Part shown: in pieces, positions 61,772-64,000 of the stretch | Layout: every line of letters starts with the position of its first letter | How positions within the stretch are numbered: position 1 is the stretch's first letter | Made by a program: the position numbers and the translations under genes | Notes under the pieces: model-generated | Told to the model about the DNA's origin: nothing | The model's input: only the letters and a program-made list of their open reading frames with translations | The model's database searches: none | Assembly: GCA_022605425.2 (NCBI GenBank) | Contig: CM061252.1 | Location: 124,001-188,000, forward strand | Direction: 5' to 3' | Origin: Hamiltosporidium tvaerminnensis FI-OER-3-3 | Lineage: Eukaryota > Fungi > Microsporidia | Length of the DNA stretch: 64,000 bases

Positions 61772-63487
61772 GGGTTATGACGATTTAATTACACAAAAAT
61801 TTTTTATTAAATCAATTAAGAAATTCTATATCGGAAAATTTAAGGAATTTTCTGCTATTCGAAAGTAATTATCCCCCATATTTATGTGGAAAAAAGTAAT
61901 TTTTACTAGGAATGCATTTCTTAATTTACATCGCAAGAACGGTAATTATATTTCCTTGTAAATTATCCTAAGATGGGGATTTAATTAAATAAAAAGTTAT
62001 TTCTAAACACAAAGAATTTTCTTAATACCTCTCTATATATTATCTGGATATTTTCAGCTATGTTGTATTTCTCTATGTAATTTTAAATGACTTTATGATT
62101 TAAATATTGTTTTCTATATTTTGAACATATTTTTTTTGTCCGTTTTATCATAAAACCATTGAAAAAAGTATTATCATTACTAGGAGCGTTCTATTATGAT
62201 TTCTTAATATATTTCTAAAGATAAAATATATTTATTGTGATTAAACTTCTTTCTTGCGTCAGAAAAAATAGGATCACTTTATTGTGTGATATAGTTGACC
62301 TTATGTCACTATACAAATAAATATAATGAACATTTCCAATTATAGTATCATGTTTGATCGCTTCTTTTCAAGTTCTCCATAAGACAATATTTTCTCTACA
62401 AACATAGAATGTTAATTTAATTTGTATGAATTCAGACGCTTATTACCTAGTTTCTGATTTCACCCATTCAAAATATATTTTTTTAGATGATTTCTATTAC
62501 AAAAAGGCAAAATTCGCTTCTTATAAGTTAATAATATTACTTTTAATATTTTGGATCTGATTTATAACTATTATTCTCTTGAATTTTTCGAATATGATGT
62601 CTCTTTACTGGTTGCTAAGAACAAAAATATTTTTTTTTTAAAAAAATATGTAGGGTTACTGATATGCATTATCATATAATAAATAAAATATAAAATTATA
62701 TGTTCATAACGAATTGCACGAGCTAGTATACTTCTAAAGCTGCCTTGATAGTGGTGTTCACTGCTATTATCTTCTTTGAAATATATCTTGATTGGGTATA
62801 TCCACAAATAAACTTCAGATTGTATTTATAACACATATTTCGACGACTATCTTAAATAATCACCCGAAAAGAACTCAAATATTAAGCTTAAGAGATCTAA
62901 ATATGCTTGTTTGTAATTTATTTTGTCTTATAAAGATCTGATAATACGGATTTACTTTTTATTATTCTTATTGCAACTACAAACCCCAAACTTTAGCTAG
63001 AAAGGACCAATCTCATTAGTAAAGCATTTTTTTTATCATTTAATGATTCTATATGTACCCTTTTCAATGCTATTGAGTAATTAAGTATAAGTACCTAATT
63101 AAAATTTAGATTTTTTCAATTTTTCCTTAAAATCTTAATGCTACAAAAGATTATATTTATATGCAAATTTAAAGACGCGCGGTATTTCTCATACCTTTGA
63201 TCAAATTAATTATAAGTATACTTTGCATTCTACATAATGGAATTTTTTTTACATAAAAGATGTTAGAGTTTCATATATTGGAAAAAATCGGGTTTTTAGG
63301 CCTTACATTTCGGCATATTAGTTTATATGCGTCATTTTCACTAAGAAGATAAACTGAGATTACTATTAAATTTCCAATATTATTCCAAAACCTTTCAAAC
63401 TATTTTTGGTTTTTATAGTAAATGAATTCTGGTTTATATCTATTATGTACTAACTAGGAAATTATAGCCAATATAGAAAATTAAACT

Positions 63488-63600
63488 GGAAAGAGTATAC
63501 CTATATTAAAAACCATCTGCTTGGCAATAGATGTCTACATTTCATAGGAAAATCCTCACTGCCTACTGTGGTGGGATTTAAACCACACAGGGTCTATAAG
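63488..63600 (+). repeat. Diverged end fragment or relative of the 730-bp element
   Basis: TAAAAA..TCTGCTTGGCAAT and TGGTGGGA...AACCACAC blocks in the same order as in the element. Confidence 0.55.
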
Positions 63601-64000
63601 CCAATCCCCCATAATGCCGACTTTCAACATATTAAAAGAATCAGAAGGAAACTTTCATTTGTGCATCCTCGACACCGAAACGATAAACAGGAATATAATA
63701 ACTAAGTAATTATTTTTCTTTCCCTTATCTCAAGCAAGGCCTCGTCTCTTTTTGCTATTACTAATCTTTCGGCAGCATTGTAGGGTTCACTGTAAATGAA
63801 TATTTGTCCACTATTTTTATTTTGTTATCTACTTAATTTCACAAATATTTTCAATTCATTTTAAATTTGTTTCGAAAGGTTTAATACCCTGGTGTCAAAA
63901 AAACAAAATGTCTGTATTCTAACTTAGTGAAATATTCTACACTTAACCCAATACTCTTTACTATAGTAATTTTTGCTCAATTAATTTCTCTTGATCTTAA

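Overview
Very AT-rich, gene-sparse eukaryotic DNA, most consistent with a large-genome microsporidian (Hamiltosporidium-like). This is an inference from short, divergent, intron-free core genes, CCC/GGG motifs just upstream of the start codons, and expanded secreted LRR-like families. Recognisable core genes are Nse1-like, Bdp1, NOT2/3/5, a CAP-Gly protein, RNase H2C-like, an OB-fold (Stn1/RPA2-like) protein, and a truncated, disrupted Uba1 (E1). The rest is large LRR-like family genes and their relics, plus mobile DNA: degenerate RLE-type non-LTR retrotransposons, a non-autonomous Helitron, a piggyBac-like MITE and a possible Mutator-like relic. Three features stand out. (1) A ~730-bp non-coding, apparently structured element occurs as six full-length copies plus three end fragments, with 11-13-bp target-site duplications at two copies. 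(2) Uba1 carries three in-frame repeat inserts whose G-rich units (AGGGTGTT) are followed by reverse-complementary C-rich units (AACACCCT). (3) A compact pseudoknot-capable, ribozyme-like leader lies at ~20.42-20.64 kb. All calls were made by eye with no database searches.
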